Below are positions 1 to 9,828 of a stretch of DNA of 64,000 bases, in pieces (position 1 is the first letter of the stretch; every line of letters starts with the position of its first letter). The stretch comes from Candidatus Eiseniibacteriota bacterium (lineage in GTDB: Bacteria > Orphanbacterota > Orphanbacteria > Orphanbacterales > Orphanbacteraceae): assembly GCA_024276995.1 (NCBI GenBank), contig JAJRWB010000041.1, positions 91,015 through 155,014 on the forward strand. Reading direction: 5' to 3'. A program made the translations under genes and the position numbers. Below the pieces are notes generated by a model. It had not been told where the DNA came from. It did not search any database and saw only the letters and a program-made list of their open reading frames with translations.

Positions 1-1756
1 TTCCAAGGTACCGGAAGCCGCCGCTCACCTTGTGATTCGGCGCGTTCTTCCATTCCTGCTCGACGCCGTCGTTACCGAGAATCCGAGCCTGCTGGTAAGT
101 GTAATTCAGAAACGCCGAGACGCGAGGGGTGAAATATCTTTTCACTTCCGTCTCCACGCCCGACACGGTGACCTTGTCACCCGTGTTCCCGAAGCCGAGG
201 TTCAGTGATTCGTCGGTCGATTCGTACACGATGTAGCCGACGTTGTTCTCCACTTCGTGGCGAAACCCCTCGATGTCGATTAACGTCGCCTCCCCCGGCG
301 TGAGGCGCATGCCCGCCTCGTAGGCGAGCAGCCTCTCCGGCTCGAGGAGCTTCCCGTCGATCGTCTCGCCTCCCTCGGTGACGGCGCCGATCGCCGATCC
401 CTTGAACCAACCGCCCGGCCAGGCGACGTAGTAATAGTTCTCGTCGAACGCCGGCCTGCGGAAGGACGACCCGGCGCTGATACGGATGTTCATGAGCGAC
501 GGGACGGCCCATACGTTGAGGGCGGCCTTCGGCGAGATGACCCCGTCGAGGGAGTCCCATTTGTCGAACCGTCCGCCGACGGTGATGCCGATACGGTTAT
601 GGAAGAGACGCAGTTCCTCTTGGAGGAACGCCGAGTAGAGACGATCGTTTTCATCATAGACATACGGCGTCTCATTGGCGATGTCGCGGCTCGCCTCGAG
701 GTAGGAACTGCTCACGCCTCCGACAAAAGTGCTGTGTTCGAAGCGGCTGAGAATGTACTGCGTCTCCACGTCGAGAGCGCCGCCTTTCTCCACCTTATAC
801 TTGTAGACGTATTCCTCTCCATTCCACTTCCAGTTTTCCTGGCCGAGGTTCCTGTACGCCATGCGCACGAGGAATCTGTCCGCACCGATTCGCCGTGTGA
901 GTTGGTTGTTCACATAGAACGTTTGCTTTTCCGATTTGTCGATGCTGTTGTCGCCGGGACTCGGGTTGTATCCTTCCCTGTCCGACGAATAGCCGCCCAC
1001 GCTGCTGAAGGCGATATTGTCTTCATCATAGTCGAGACGGAATGTTCCCATATAGACGTTCGCCCAGTCCTTGAGCCCGTAATTTGGCGCCACCGTCTCG
1101 GCATCGGGGGTCTCGGCGTCTCCCTTCGATTCGGTCTGGGTGAAGCTGCCGCCCACGGCGATATTCCACCCTCCCTCGAGTCTCTTCGTCACCTGCGCGC
1201 CGAACAGCCCCGCCCCGCGCTCGCCGTAACTCATTGCTGCATCGGTGGTGCGCGACTTCGCGTCCCTGGTGATGATATTGATCACCCCGACGAGGGCGTC
1301 GGCGCCGTAAAGGGAGGACGCCGACCCCCGGACCACTTCGATTCTCTCTATGTCCCTCATCGCCAGTGGGAGGGTGGGCCACTGCATTCCGCCGTACGGC
1401 ACGACGTTCACCGTCTGCCCGTCGATCGCCACGAGCATTTTCGGCGTCTCGTCGTAGGCGAAACCGCGCGCCGCCACGTCCATGTCGGTATACGTTTTCG
1501 TATAGCCGTCCATGCCGACCACGTACTGGAGGAGTTCCGGTATATTCTGGGCGGGCGAATACTCGATCTCCTCGCTGGTGATGATCGAAATCGCCGACGG
1601 TGATTCGAGAAGACTCTGGGGATATTTCGACGCGGACACCACCTCGATGTTCATCAGCTCGTCGAGGGATAGCGTCGTCAGGTCGTCCGCCGCCGCCGCC
1701 GGTGAGAATAAGGCGAGGAGGGAAACGACGGCGAGGAACGTGCGGGCCGATTTCAT
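1..1756 (-). CDS. TonB-dependent outer-membrane receptor (signal peptide + plug + barrel); 3' end cut by window edge
   Basis: Manual minus-strand translation from ATG at 1756..1754 gives MKSARTFLAVVSLLALFSPAAAADDLTTLSLDELMNIEVVSASKY... Plug-domain motif IEVVRGSASSLYGADALVGVINIITRD. Frame stays open to position 1; absent from ORF track because no stop lies in the window. Confidence 0.8.
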   Translation of the reverse strand, partial: MKSARTFLAVVSLLALFSPAAAADDLTTLSLDELMNIEVVSASKYPQSLLESPSAISIITSEEIEYSPAQNIPELLQYVVGMDGYTKTYTDMDVAARGFAYDETPKMLVAIDGQTVNVVPYGGMQWPTLPLAMRDIERIEVVRGSASSLYGADALVGVINIITRDAKSRTTDAAMSYGERGAGLFGAQVTKRLEGGWNIAVGGSFTQTESKGDAETPDAETVAPNYGLKDWANVYMGTFRLDYDEDNIAFSSVGGYSSDREGYNPSPGDNSIDKSEKQTFYVNNQLTRRIGADRFLVRMAYRNLGQENWKWNGEEYVYKYKVEKGGALDVETQYILSRFEHSTFVGGVSSSYLEASRDIANETPYVYDENDRLYSAFLQEELRLFHNRIGITVGGRFDKWDSLDGVISPKAALNVWAVPSLMNIRISAGSSFRRPAFDENYYYVAWPGGWFKGSAIGAVTEGGETIDGKLLEPERLLAYEAGMRLTPGEATLIDIEGFRHEVENNVGYIVYESTDESLNLGFGNTGDKVTVSGVETEVKRYFTPRVSAFLNYTYQQARILGNDGVEQEWKNAPNHKVSGGFRYLG

Positions 1757-1970
1757 GGATCATCTCCTTGCGTCCCGGCGGGCACAGGTGTCCGTCCGGT
1801 GGGTATCGCGGTTTCCATGAATATCGGCATCGTCCCACTAACGCTTTATCATTTCGCAGCTTACGGGTTTTCCCTGCCGGGGGTGTGGCGGGCGTGGGCA
1901 GGTTTATCCTGTTGAAAATAGACGCGTTATGTTTGTGCGTCCACGCGGCGGCGGGCCCGGGGAGGTGCGC

Positions 1971-3398
1971 TCAATCCTCCCTGCCGGCGAGCCAGTCGGT
2001 GTGGACCGGTTTCCCCTCGGGGTCATCGAGAAGGACGTACGTGTGCGCGCCGAAGGCGTCCCGCTGGGCCTGTGTGAGATTCTGCGGCAGGCGGGGGGAA
2101 CGGTAACTGTCGAAGTACATCAGGCTCGCGCCGACGGCGGGCAGGGGGATTCCCCGCCGGATCGCCCCGGCGACGACTCGTCCCCACCGTTCCCTTCGGC
2201 GGCGGACGGTCTTCCCGATCGTCATGTTCATGAGCAGATTCGGCGGCTCTTCGGCGGAGAGATACGCTTCGCGGATCGTATCGAGCAGCCGTGCCCTGAT
2301 GATGCACCCCCCTTTCCAGATTCGCGCCACCTCGGCGAGGTCGACGCGCCATTCGTACCGGCGCGCCGCGGCGGCGATGAGGCTCATCCCCTGGGCGTAC
2401 GAACAGATTCTCGAAGCGTAAAACGCATCGCCCACCGCGTCGATCCATTCGGAGCGATCCCCTTCGAACGGTTCGATATCAGGCGGCCCGAGAGCGTCGG
2501 CGGCGCGGAGACGCTCATCCTTCATACTCGAAAGAACTCTGGCGTCCACCGCCGCGGCGAGGGTGGGAACCGGAACGGCCAGCTCGAGTGCCGCCTCGGC
2601 GGTCCACCGGCCCGTCCCTTTCTGTCCCGCCTTGTCGAGGATCGCCTCCACAAGCGGCCTGCCGGTGATTTCATCCCGCTGGCGAAGCACGACGGCGCTG
2701 ATTTCCACGAGAAACGATTCGAGGTCGCCACCGTTCCAGCTCTCGAAGACCGAGGCGATTTCGCCGCTCCTCATGCAAAGACCCCTGCGGAGGACGTCGT
2801 ACGTCTCGGCGATAATCTGCATGTCCCCGTACTCGATGCCGTTGTGGACCATCTTGACGAAGTGGCCCGCCCCGTCGGCGCCGACATGGGTCACGCAGGG
2901 CCCCGCTTCCGTCTTCGCCGCGATCTTCTCGAGCATCGGGCGAAGCCGCTCCCAAGCCGCCCGATCGCCGCCGGGCATGAGGGAGGGGCCGTGCCGAGCG
3001 CCCTCCTCGCCGCCGGAGATTCCCATGCCGACGAAACGGATCGCACGGTGGGCGAGCTCTCTTTCTCTCCGGCGGGTCTCTTGGAAGCGCGAGTTGCCGC
3101 CGTCGACGAGGATGTCCCCCTCTTCGAGAAAAGGGAGAAGCGATTCGATCACGCTGTCGACCGCCTTCCCGGCGGGCACCATGACGAGAATCCGCCGCGG
3201 CGTGTCGAGGGAGCGGACGAATTCCTCCGTCGTCGTCGCGCCGAACAGGGCGTCATGATTCGATTGGGCCGCGCACCGCTCCACCTTCGCGCGGTCCCTA
3301 TCGAAAAGGCTCACGCGAAAGCCGTGATCCTCGAAATTGAGGGCGAGATTCGCCCCCATGACGCCGATGCCCACGACGCCGATATCGCCGTGTTTCAT
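1971..3398 (-). CDS. gnd: 6-phosphogluconate dehydrogenase, decarboxylating (NADP+)
   Basis: 475 aa; GVVGIGVMGANLALN Rossmann N-terminus, HNGIEYGDMQ and C-terminal 6PGD domain motifs; last gene of the zwf-pgl-gnd operon. Confidence 0.9.
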   Translation of the reverse strand: MKHGDIGVVGIGVMGANLALNFEDHGFRVSLFDRDRAKVERCAAQSNHDALFGATTTEEFVRSLDTPRRILVMVPAGKAVDSVIESLLPFLEEGDILVDGGNSRFQETRRRERELAHRAIRFVGMGISGGEEGARHGPSLMPGGDRAAWERLRPMLEKIAAKTEAGPCVTHVGADGAGHFVKMVHNGIEYGDMQIIAETYDVLRRGLCMRSGEIASVFESWNGGDLESFLVEISAVVLRQRDEITGRPLVEAILDKAGQKGTGRWTAEAALELAVPVPTLAAAVDARVLSSMKDERLRAADALGPPDIEPFEGDRSEWIDAVGDAFYASRICSYAQGMSLIAAAARRYEWRVDLAEVARIWKGGCIIRARLLDTIREAYLSAEEPPNLLMNMTIGKTVRRRRERWGRVVAGAIRRGIPLPAVGASLMYFDSYRSPRLPQNLTQAQRDAFGAHTYVLLDDPEGKPVHTDWLAGRED

Positions 3399-4126
3399 CG
3401 CTCGTTCCCTTCTGTGAGCAATGGAGGAAGATCTGCCGCCGCCGGTTCATCGAGCAGCCACCATCCCCGGCGGGCGAGGCGCGCCGGCACTCTTTCCGTC
3501 GTCGTTTCGGGAGAGAGCACTTCGGCGACCTTATTCGCCTTGTTCTTCCCCCGGGCGAGAACGACCACTCTTCGGGCCGACCGGATCACCGGCGGCGTGA
3601 TGGTGAACCGCCATGGCGGGTCGGCATCGGTTTTCACCGCGACAAAACGCCGCTCCTTCTCGATTAGTGCCGGGGAACCGGGAAAGAGGGATGCCGTGTG
3701 ACCATCGGTCCCGATACCGAGGAGGAGAAGATCCACCGCGCCGGGAAGCTCGCGCCCGTAGGCCGCCGCCCTCTCGTTGCGATCGCCGTCTTCCGGAACA
3801 CCGTGCAGATTGCCGGGCGGGGCGGTTTTCCCGGGGAAGAGAGAGCGGCGGATCATCGCGTAGTTGCTCTCGGGATGGTCCCGTGGGACATCCCGTTCAT
3901 CGCTCAGAAAGAAGTCGGTTTCCTCCCATGGAAACGACCCGATCATCTCTCCATCCCGGAGGCGGCGGTAGACCGGTTCGGGTGTCGTTCCCCCGGAAAG
4001 GGCGATGAAACACCTGCCGCGCTCTCGAACGGCGGAGCGCGCCATGTCGGCCAACATATCCGCCGCGGTTCCGGCGAAGGCGTCGCCGGCGCACGAAACG
4101 ATAACACGGTTCCGCGCGTCGCTCAC
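3395..4126 (-). CDS. pgl: 6-phosphogluconolactonase
   Basis: GIGTDGHTASLFPG motif and IALSGGTTP. Long ORF reaches 4234 but overlaps zwf by 112 nt; GTG at 4126..4124 overlaps the zwf stop (GTGA), so that start is preferred. Confidence 0.75.
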   Translation of the reverse strand: MSDARNRVIVSCAGDAFAGTAADMLADMARSAVRERGRCFIALSGGTTPEPVYRRLRDGEMIGSFPWEETDFFLSDERDVPRDHPESNYAMIRRSLFPGKTAPPGNLHGVPEDGDRNERAAAYGRELPGAVDLLLLGIGTDGHTASLFPGSPALIEKERRFVAVKTDADPPWRFTITPPVIRSARRVVVLARGKNKANKVAEVLSPETTTERVPARLARRGWWLLDEPAAADLPPLLTEGNER

Positions 4127-5673
4127 TTCAGCGCCCGCCAAATCCGGCCGTCGGCGCCGATCAACCGGTCCGCCTCGACCGGTCCGTCGCTCCCCGGCGC
4201 ATACGTGCACGGTCTTTCGGTACCCGATTCCCACGTGTCCAGGAGAGGCGTCACGAATTCCCAGCTTCTTTCCACTTCATCCTTTCGTGCGAAAAGCGTA
4301 GCGTCCCCCCTCATGCAGTCGAGGATCAGGCGCTCGTAGGCGTCGCCCACCCTCTGTTGAAACGTCTCGCTGTACGACATGTCCATCTTCACCGTTGCCA
4401 CCTTGATGTCGTCGCCCGGAATCTTCGACGCGAAGCAAAGGCAGATACCCTCGTCGGGCTGGATCCGGAGCACGAGAACATTCGGGTCGATCTGCCGGCA
4501 GACCCCTTCGTGGCCGAACAAGCAGAAGGGAATCCTCTGGAAATGGATCGCAACCTCGGTGACGCGGCTCGTCAGTTTCTTCCCGGCGCGAAGGTAGAAC
4601 GGAACTCCCTGCCACCGCCAGTTATCGATGAGCACCCGCAGCGCGGTGAACGTGGGCGTTCTCGAATCGCGGGCCACCCCGTCATTCTCCCGGTAGCCGT
4701 CGTACTGCCCGAACAAGACGGCCTTTCCCATATCGTCCGGCCAGAAGGGACGGAGCGAGCGGAGCACCTGGACTTTCTCGTCGCGAATCTCGTCCGCTTT
4801 GAACGACACGGGCGGTTCCATGGCGCACAGGGCGAGAACCTGCAGGAGGTGGTTCTGGATGATGTCGCGGAGGACGCCGGTGTTGTCGTAGAACGCCCCT
4901 CTCCCTTCGACACCGATCTCCTCCGCCGCGGTGATCTGCACGTGATCGATATACTTCCGGTTCCAGATCGGCTCGAAAATCGAATTGCCGAACCGGAAAG
5001 TAAGTATATTCTGCACCGTTTCCTTGCCGAGATAGTGATCGATGCGGAACGTCTGGTCCTCGCGCAGCACCCCACCGACGAGCCGATTCAATTCCTTCGC
5101 GCTCTCGAGATCGCGGCCGAACGGCTTTTCGATGATCACCCGCGACCACGGCCCCTCGCCGCGGCGGCCCGATCGGTGGAGCAGGTCGGCGTCGCTCAGG
5201 TTCCGAACGATCACCGGGAAGAGCCCGGGCGGTGTGGCGAGATAGAAGAGCCGGTTGCCGCCTGTCCCCTTCTCCCGCTCGAGCTCGGCGAGCGTCTCGC
5301 CGAGGGCTCGGTACGTATCGGCGTTGTCGAAATCGCCGCGCACATATTGAAAGCCTGAAACGAGGCACTTCCAGACATCGCCTTGCGCTTTCGTGCCCGA
5401 AAAGAGAGACACCTTTTCGCGGAGGCTGTTCGCGAGGCCGTCACCCGACAAGTCGCGCCGCCCCACGCCGATGAGGGGGAGGCAATCGGGGAGCGAGCCC
5501 TCCTTCTCGAGATGGTAGAGCGCGGGAATGAGCTTCCGTTCCGCCAGGTCTCCGGTGATTCCGAAGATGACCAGGGAGCACGGCTCGACTTTTCCGGCGG
5601 ACACCACAGGCGTGTGCGACGATGTGCGAAGCGTCGGATGGATCTTGCCGGGTGGCGTTCCGTCGGTTGTCAT
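4123..5673 (-). CDS. zwf: glucose-6-phosphate 1-dehydrogenase
   Basis: G6PD N-terminal NADP motif VIFGITGDLAERKLIPALY and RIDHYLGKE. Start moved to the internal ATG (MTTDG) because a strong AAGGAG SD sits 8-9 nt upstream of it; the ORF-track start at 5715 lacks an SD. Confidence 0.85.
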   Translation of the reverse strand: MTTDGTPPGKIHPTLRTSSHTPVVSAGKVEPCSLVIFGITGDLAERKLIPALYHLEKEGSLPDCLPLIGVGRRDLSGDGLANSLREKVSLFSGTKAQGDVWKCLVSGFQYVRGDFDNADTYRALGETLAELEREKGTGGNRLFYLATPPGLFPVIVRNLSDADLLHRSGRRGEGPWSRVIIEKPFGRDLESAKELNRLVGGVLREDQTFRIDHYLGKETVQNILTFRFGNSIFEPIWNRKYIDHVQITAAEEIGVEGRGAFYDNTGVLRDIIQNHLLQVLALCAMEPPVSFKADEIRDEKVQVLRSLRPFWPDDMGKAVLFGQYDGYRENDGVARDSRTPTFTALRVLIDNWRWQGVPFYLRAGKKLTSRVTEVAIHFQRIPFCLFGHEGVCRQIDPNVLVLRIQPDEGICLCFASKIPGDDIKVATVKMDMSYSETFQQRVGDAYERLILDCMRGDATLFARKDEVERSWEFVTPLLDTWESGTERPCTYAPGSDGPVEADRLIGADGRIWRALK

Positions 5674-5867
5674 CGGGCTGGAACTCCTTTCCTGTTCTTC
5701 TTGAGTATAGCCCAATCGCCGCCGCGGATCACGGCGAGGCGACGTGTTGCGTCGCGCACCCTCCCCTGACTACCTTTACTCAGACGAGGCGGTTTCCCCC
5801 CTGCCCGTCTTCGCTCCCTCTCGGGGGCGATACCCGTTACAGGACACCTGATCGAGAGGAGACTCGA

Positions 5868-7013
5868 ATGACCCGTTCCTATATGGTTCGTATGTCTATA
5901 TTGATCGTCAGTTCTGTTTCTCTTCTCCTTGTCGCCGTCGGGTGCGGCGACGACGGAAACCCGGCCGGGCCGGGCGACGGTGGCGGCGACGCCGCCTTCA
6001 GGGATTTCTCGTTGACGCTGCGCGGCATGGATCCCCACGTGGGGCGGCTCCTCGTGCTGACCGTGGCGGGCGGCACGTCGGGCAAGAACGCCCGGACGGG
6101 TGGTGTGGAGGCCCGGTTCGTTCTCGACCCTCTTCCCGCGGCGGAGTATGGCCTCTTCGTGCCCGACGGAGTGCCCGAGGGGACTTTTGATCTCGACTTC
6201 TACGCCGACCTGAACGGCAGCGGTTCATACGACGCGCCGCCCATCGATCACGCGTGGAGGATCGCACTCCCGGCGAGCGGGAACGTTGCAGAGGAGTTCA
6301 CCCATAACACGACATTCACGGATATCGGCGCGACGCCGCCCGTGGAAGGGGGCGACTTCACGCTCGATCTCAGCGGGCTCGATCCCCACGTGGGACAGCT
6401 CTTCGAATTGAGGGTGATCGAAACGGAAAGCGGCGCCACGGTGGGACAGTACCGGCTCGGGGCGGTTCCGGCTGCGGCGATGACGATCACTATCCCCGGA
6501 ATCATCGCGGACGGCATGGAATACAGCGTCGACTTCTACGCCGACCTGAACGGGAGCGGCGGCTATGACGCTCCTCCCGTCGATCACGCCTGGCGCCTGG
6601 CCGGCGCCGGCACCTCTTCCGGGCTCGTCCTTTCGTTCAGCCATAGCACGGCATTCACCGATATCGGCTTCACCGAAGGCGGCGGGCCGATCGAGGAAAC
6701 TCCGGTGGCGACGTTCACCGAGATCCGGGATGAAATCTTGACGCCGAGCTGTGTCGATGCGGGCTGCCACCCGGGCGGAGGGGCGCCGATGTCCCTCGCC
6801 TCCGGGTCGGCATACGGTAATCTCGTCGACGTCGCCTCGGCGTACGGCATCGATCGCGTCGAGCCGGGGAATTCGGCGGCGAGCGCCCTCTATCTCAAAG
6901 TCGCCGGCGACGCGTCCACCGGGAGCCGGATGCCCCTAGGAAGAGCGGCGCTTTCGACCGACGATATCGACCGGATCGCGGCGTGGATCGACGCCGGCGC
7001 GAAAAACGACTGA
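5868..7013 (+). CDS. lipoprotein with internal ~118-aa tandem duplication and C-terminal PSCyt1-like (cytochrome-c-like) domain
   Basis: Start at ATG 5868 (MTRSYMVRMSILIVSSVSLLLVAVGCGDD), a lipobox (LVAVGC) signal. Two repeats each with DPHVG...DFYADLNGSG(S/G)YDAPP(I/V)DHAWR...FTDIG. C-terminus LTPSCVDAGCHPGG...RMPLGRAALSTDDIDRIAAWIDAGA resembles the Planctomycete cytochrome C (PSCyt1) domain. The upstream part of the ORF-track ORF (from 5622) has no SD and no signal peptide. Confidence 0.7.
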   Translation: MTRSYMVRMSILIVSSVSLLLVAVGCGDDGNPAGPGDGGGDAAFRDFSLTLRGMDPHVGRLLVLTVAGGTSGKNARTGGVEARFVLDPLPAAEYGLFVPDGVPEGTFDLDFYADLNGSGSYDAPPIDHAWRIALPASGNVAEEFTHNTTFTDIGATPPVEGGDFTLDLSGLDPHVGQLFELRVIETESGATVGQYRLGAVPAAAMTITIPGIIADGMEYSVDFYADLNGSGGYDAPPVDHAWRLAGAGTSSGLVLSFSHSTAFTDIGFTEGGGPIEETPVATFTEIRDEILTPSCVDAGCHPGGGAPMSLASGSAYGNLVDVASAYGIDRVEPGNSAASALYLKVAGDASTGSRMPLGRAALSTDDIDRIAAWIDAGAKND

Positions 7014-7045
7014 AGTTCCGCGCCGGCGCCGGCCCGATTCGCGGG

Positions 7046-8299
7046 CTATGTCGCGCGCAGGACGAACGATACGAGCGTCTTGTCGTCGCCTCCCATGTTG
7101 ATCGACATGGCGTACGGCCTCGCGTCGCCGATCTTCACCTGGCAGTCGAGCGCCTTGCCGGTGAGCTGCATCACCATGTCGCCCACCTGGCGGACGCCGG
7201 TGGCGCCGGTGGGATGGCCGAAGCCGATCAGACCGCCGGTGGCGTTCACGGGACACTCCCCGTCGAAGCGCGCCTTCCCGTCGAGCAGGTAGGGTGCGGC
7301 GCGTCCCGGTTCTGCGAGGCCGATCGCCTCGAGTGCGAGGAGGCCGGTGATGGTGAAGCAGTCGTGCACCTCGAGCAACCCGAGGTCGGACGGTTTCGCC
7401 CCCGCCATGGCGAGCGCTTTCGACGCGACCGCCGCGGTGGTATCGAGGCGTGCCGGATCTTCCGGGTCGCGGGCGAGATTCCCCTCGCACTGGGCGACGG
7501 CGGCGAACTCGGCGGCGTCGCTCTTCGCCACGCCGAGGTTCGCGAGACCCTCCTCGGATGCGAGGATCACGGCGGACGCGCCGTCGCTCACCTTGGAGCA
7601 GTCGAACACGTTGATATGTTCGAGAAACGCCTTCGCGTTCGGTTCGGTCATCGCCGTGGCGCGCGGATCGGGATCGGCGTTGTGGAACTCCTGGGCCTTC
7701 GGATTCCGCCTCGCGTTCTCGATCGCTTGGGCGTACCACTCGGCCATGGCGCGACGGGTGTCTTCCCTGCCGTACTTCTCATAGTACGCCCCCGCGCGCC
7801 GCGAGAATAGATCGGGGAAGAAGTAGACGTGCCCGTCCTTCCGCTGCCGGCTGTAATGTCCCGCGCCGGCGAGGATGTCGGCGCCGTACATCGCCTTCAC
7901 CGTGTTTTGCACTTCCACGCCTACCACGAGAACCGCGTCCGCCATATCGGAGAGAATCGCGTTCGCCGCGGCGATCACCGCGAGCCCTCCCGATCCGCAG
8001 GCACCCTCCACGCGCATACACGGCTTGTGGAGCAGCTCGCCGCACGCTTCGGGCAGAAGCGCGCCGAGATGGGCCTGCCGGTTGAACCGCGCCGCCATGA
8101 AGTTGCCGACGACCCCCTGGTCGAGGGCGCCGGGGTTCTTCACCTGGGCGACGGAATCTTTCGCCGCCTCGAGAATGTAGTGTTCGATTCCGGGGCGAGG
8201 CTTTTTCGGATGGAACTCCTTGCGACCCGGACCGAAGAACACCGTGTGGGCGGGTGCGCATCCGAATATCTTCTTACGCAGCTTTTTCATTTTCGTCAC
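7046..8299 (-). CDS. thiolase-fold acyl-CoA acetyl/acyltransferase (SCP-x/non-specific lipid-transfer type)
   Basis: 417 aa; active-site Cys region VEGACGSGGLAVIAAANAI and C-terminal thiolase motifs NATGGLIGFGHPTGATG. Confidence 0.75.
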   Translation of the reverse strand: MTKMKKLRKKIFGCAPAHTVFFGPGRKEFHPKKPRPGIEHYILEAAKDSVAQVKNPGALDQGVVGNFMAARFNRQAHLGALLPEACGELLHKPCMRVEGACGSGGLAVIAAANAILSDMADAVLVVGVEVQNTVKAMYGADILAGAGHYSRQRKDGHVYFFPDLFSRRAGAYYEKYGREDTRRAMAEWYAQAIENARRNPKAQEFHNADPDPRATAMTEPNAKAFLEHINVFDCSKVSDGASAVILASEEGLANLGVAKSDAAEFAAVAQCEGNLARDPEDPARLDTTAAVASKALAMAGAKPSDLGLLEVHDCFTITGLLALEAIGLAEPGRAAPYLLDGKARFDGECPVNATGGLIGFGHPTGATGVRQVGDMVMQLTGKALDCQVKIGDARPYAMSINMGGDDKTLVSFVLRAT

Positions 8300-8309
8300 C
8301 TCCAGGATC

Positions 8310-9653
8310 TCACCCGGTGTATTCGTTGATCGGGCCGTACAGGTGGAAGAAGCCGTTGGTCAGAACGGCGTTCACGTCGCCGGCGCTGTTCGCCACGCCG
8401 TCTTTCACGAGCGCCTCGCCGATCGCCTTCGATGTCTTCAGGTACTCCATGGCGAGCTTCGCGCCCTCGCTCTCCGACACGCGCAGCGCGGAGAAGTGCG
8501 CCGCCAGCGCCTCGTCCTTCTTCCGGTCGCGGACGAGTGCCTTCCACGGGCGAAAGCCGTCCGGAAGCGCTCCGAGTTGTCTATCCGCCTCGCCGGTCCA
8601 CCCGTTCGGATCGAAGGCGACATAGTCGCCCCTCTCCGGATCGTACACCGCGACCGATCTCCCCTTTTCGTACCGCAGGATCCCGTCCTTTTGCGATCCA
8701 TTCGGGTTCTGCCCGCCGAGGATCTTCCTCTCCGCGAGAATGTCGATGAAATCACAGTGGAGTCCCCGATCGGGGAGGTACCGGTTCATCACCTCGAGGA
8801 TGCACCGGAACACGTCGACGCCGACGTAATCGATAAGCTGTAAGATTCCCATCGGCCGGACAAGCCAATCCTGGCTGACACGGTTCATTTTGTAGAGCGC
8901 GCCGGCCCACTCGCCGCCCTCGCGCAGCCTCTCCGCCGCGCCGATCGCGTGGAGCCCGTCGCGGATGAAATGACCGTTCCCGATGAAGCCGGCGATATCG
9001 TTCGCCGGGACCACCTTCTTGCCGAGGCGTTTCGCCAGCTCGAGGCCCGCTTCCTTCAGCTCAGGAAGCGTGGTATAGGTGGTGATCATCTCGAGCAACT
9101 TCTGCACCGCCGGCGGGTTGTAGAAGTGGAAGCCGACGATCCTGCCGTTCAGCTCGAGCTTCCGGTCGAGGCCCCCGATGGGGATCGACGACGTGTTCGT
9201 CATATACCACGCGTCGGGATCGACGTGTTCCCGCACACGACCGAGAAGATCGATCTTCAGGTCCTCGTCCTCGAACACCGCCTCGAACACGATCCTCGCG
9301 CCCGCGGCGCCGTTCAGATCGGTGGAAGGACGAAGGACGGACATCGCCTGGCCGACGAATTCCTCGATCATCTCGCCGTTCTCCACGAGATCGGCACGGT
9401 CGGCGAAGAGGACACGAAGCTCGCCGACGCTATTTTCCGCCATCTTGTGGACCTGGCTCCGGACATAGCCGAGGAGGCCGTCGAGCGCCTTCTCGCTCAC
9501 GTCGATCAGCGCAAGGCGGTAGACTTTCCCCTGCCCTTCGGGGGAGAGCTTCATCCGGGCGAGCTCTTTCGTGAGAAGAAGGGCGATACCGCTCCCCATC
9601 TTCCCCGCGGCGCCGATGACCGCCGCGTTTTCGAGTCTTTCCGACAGGTTCAT
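8310..9653 (-). CDS. 3-hydroxyacyl-CoA dehydrogenase family protein (NAD-binding + C-terminal domain)
   Basis: N-terminal Rossmann VIGAAGKMGSGIALLL; HADH-like core (HFYNPP motif); adjacent to and co-oriented with the thiolase. Confidence 0.75.
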   Translation of the reverse strand: MNLSERLENAAVIGAAGKMGSGIALLLTKELARMKLSPEGQGKVYRLALIDVSEKALDGLLGYVRSQVHKMAENSVGELRVLFADRADLVENGEMIEEFVGQAMSVLRPSTDLNGAAGARIVFEAVFEDEDLKIDLLGRVREHVDPDAWYMTNTSSIPIGGLDRKLELNGRIVGFHFYNPPAVQKLLEMITTYTTLPELKEAGLELAKRLGKKVVPANDIAGFIGNGHFIRDGLHAIGAAERLREGGEWAGALYKMNRVSQDWLVRPMGILQLIDYVGVDVFRCILEVMNRYLPDRGLHCDFIDILAERKILGGQNPNGSQKDGILRYEKGRSVAVYDPERGDYVAFDPNGWTGEADRQLGALPDGFRPWKALVRDRKKDEALAAHFSALRVSESEGAKLAMEYLKTSKAIGEALVKDGVANSAGDVNAVLTNGFFHLYGPINEYTG

Positions 9654-9781
9654 GAGATCCCTCCCGTGAGGCTGTAGTTGTAGAGAATCCGGGGATTATT
9701 CCGGCCGCGGGCCTTTCTCCACAAGGTCGCACAAGAGAGGGGATCGTGCAAGGGGGGCGACGCGCCGACATCCCGGGATAA

Positions 9782-9810
9782 TTGCGATTTCGAAGAAAGG
9801 GGGCTACAAT
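9782..9810 (+). promoter_or_regulatory. sigma70-like promoter (-35 TTGCGA, 17-nt spacer, -10 TACAAT) upstream of lipoprotein gene
   Basis: TTGCGA at 9782-9787, 17-nt spacer, TACAAT at 9805-9810, about 19 nt before the ATG at 9829; sits in the 175-bp gap after the divergent HADH gene. Confidence 0.45.
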
Positions 9811-9828
9811 CAGGTGTAGGGGATCGTC

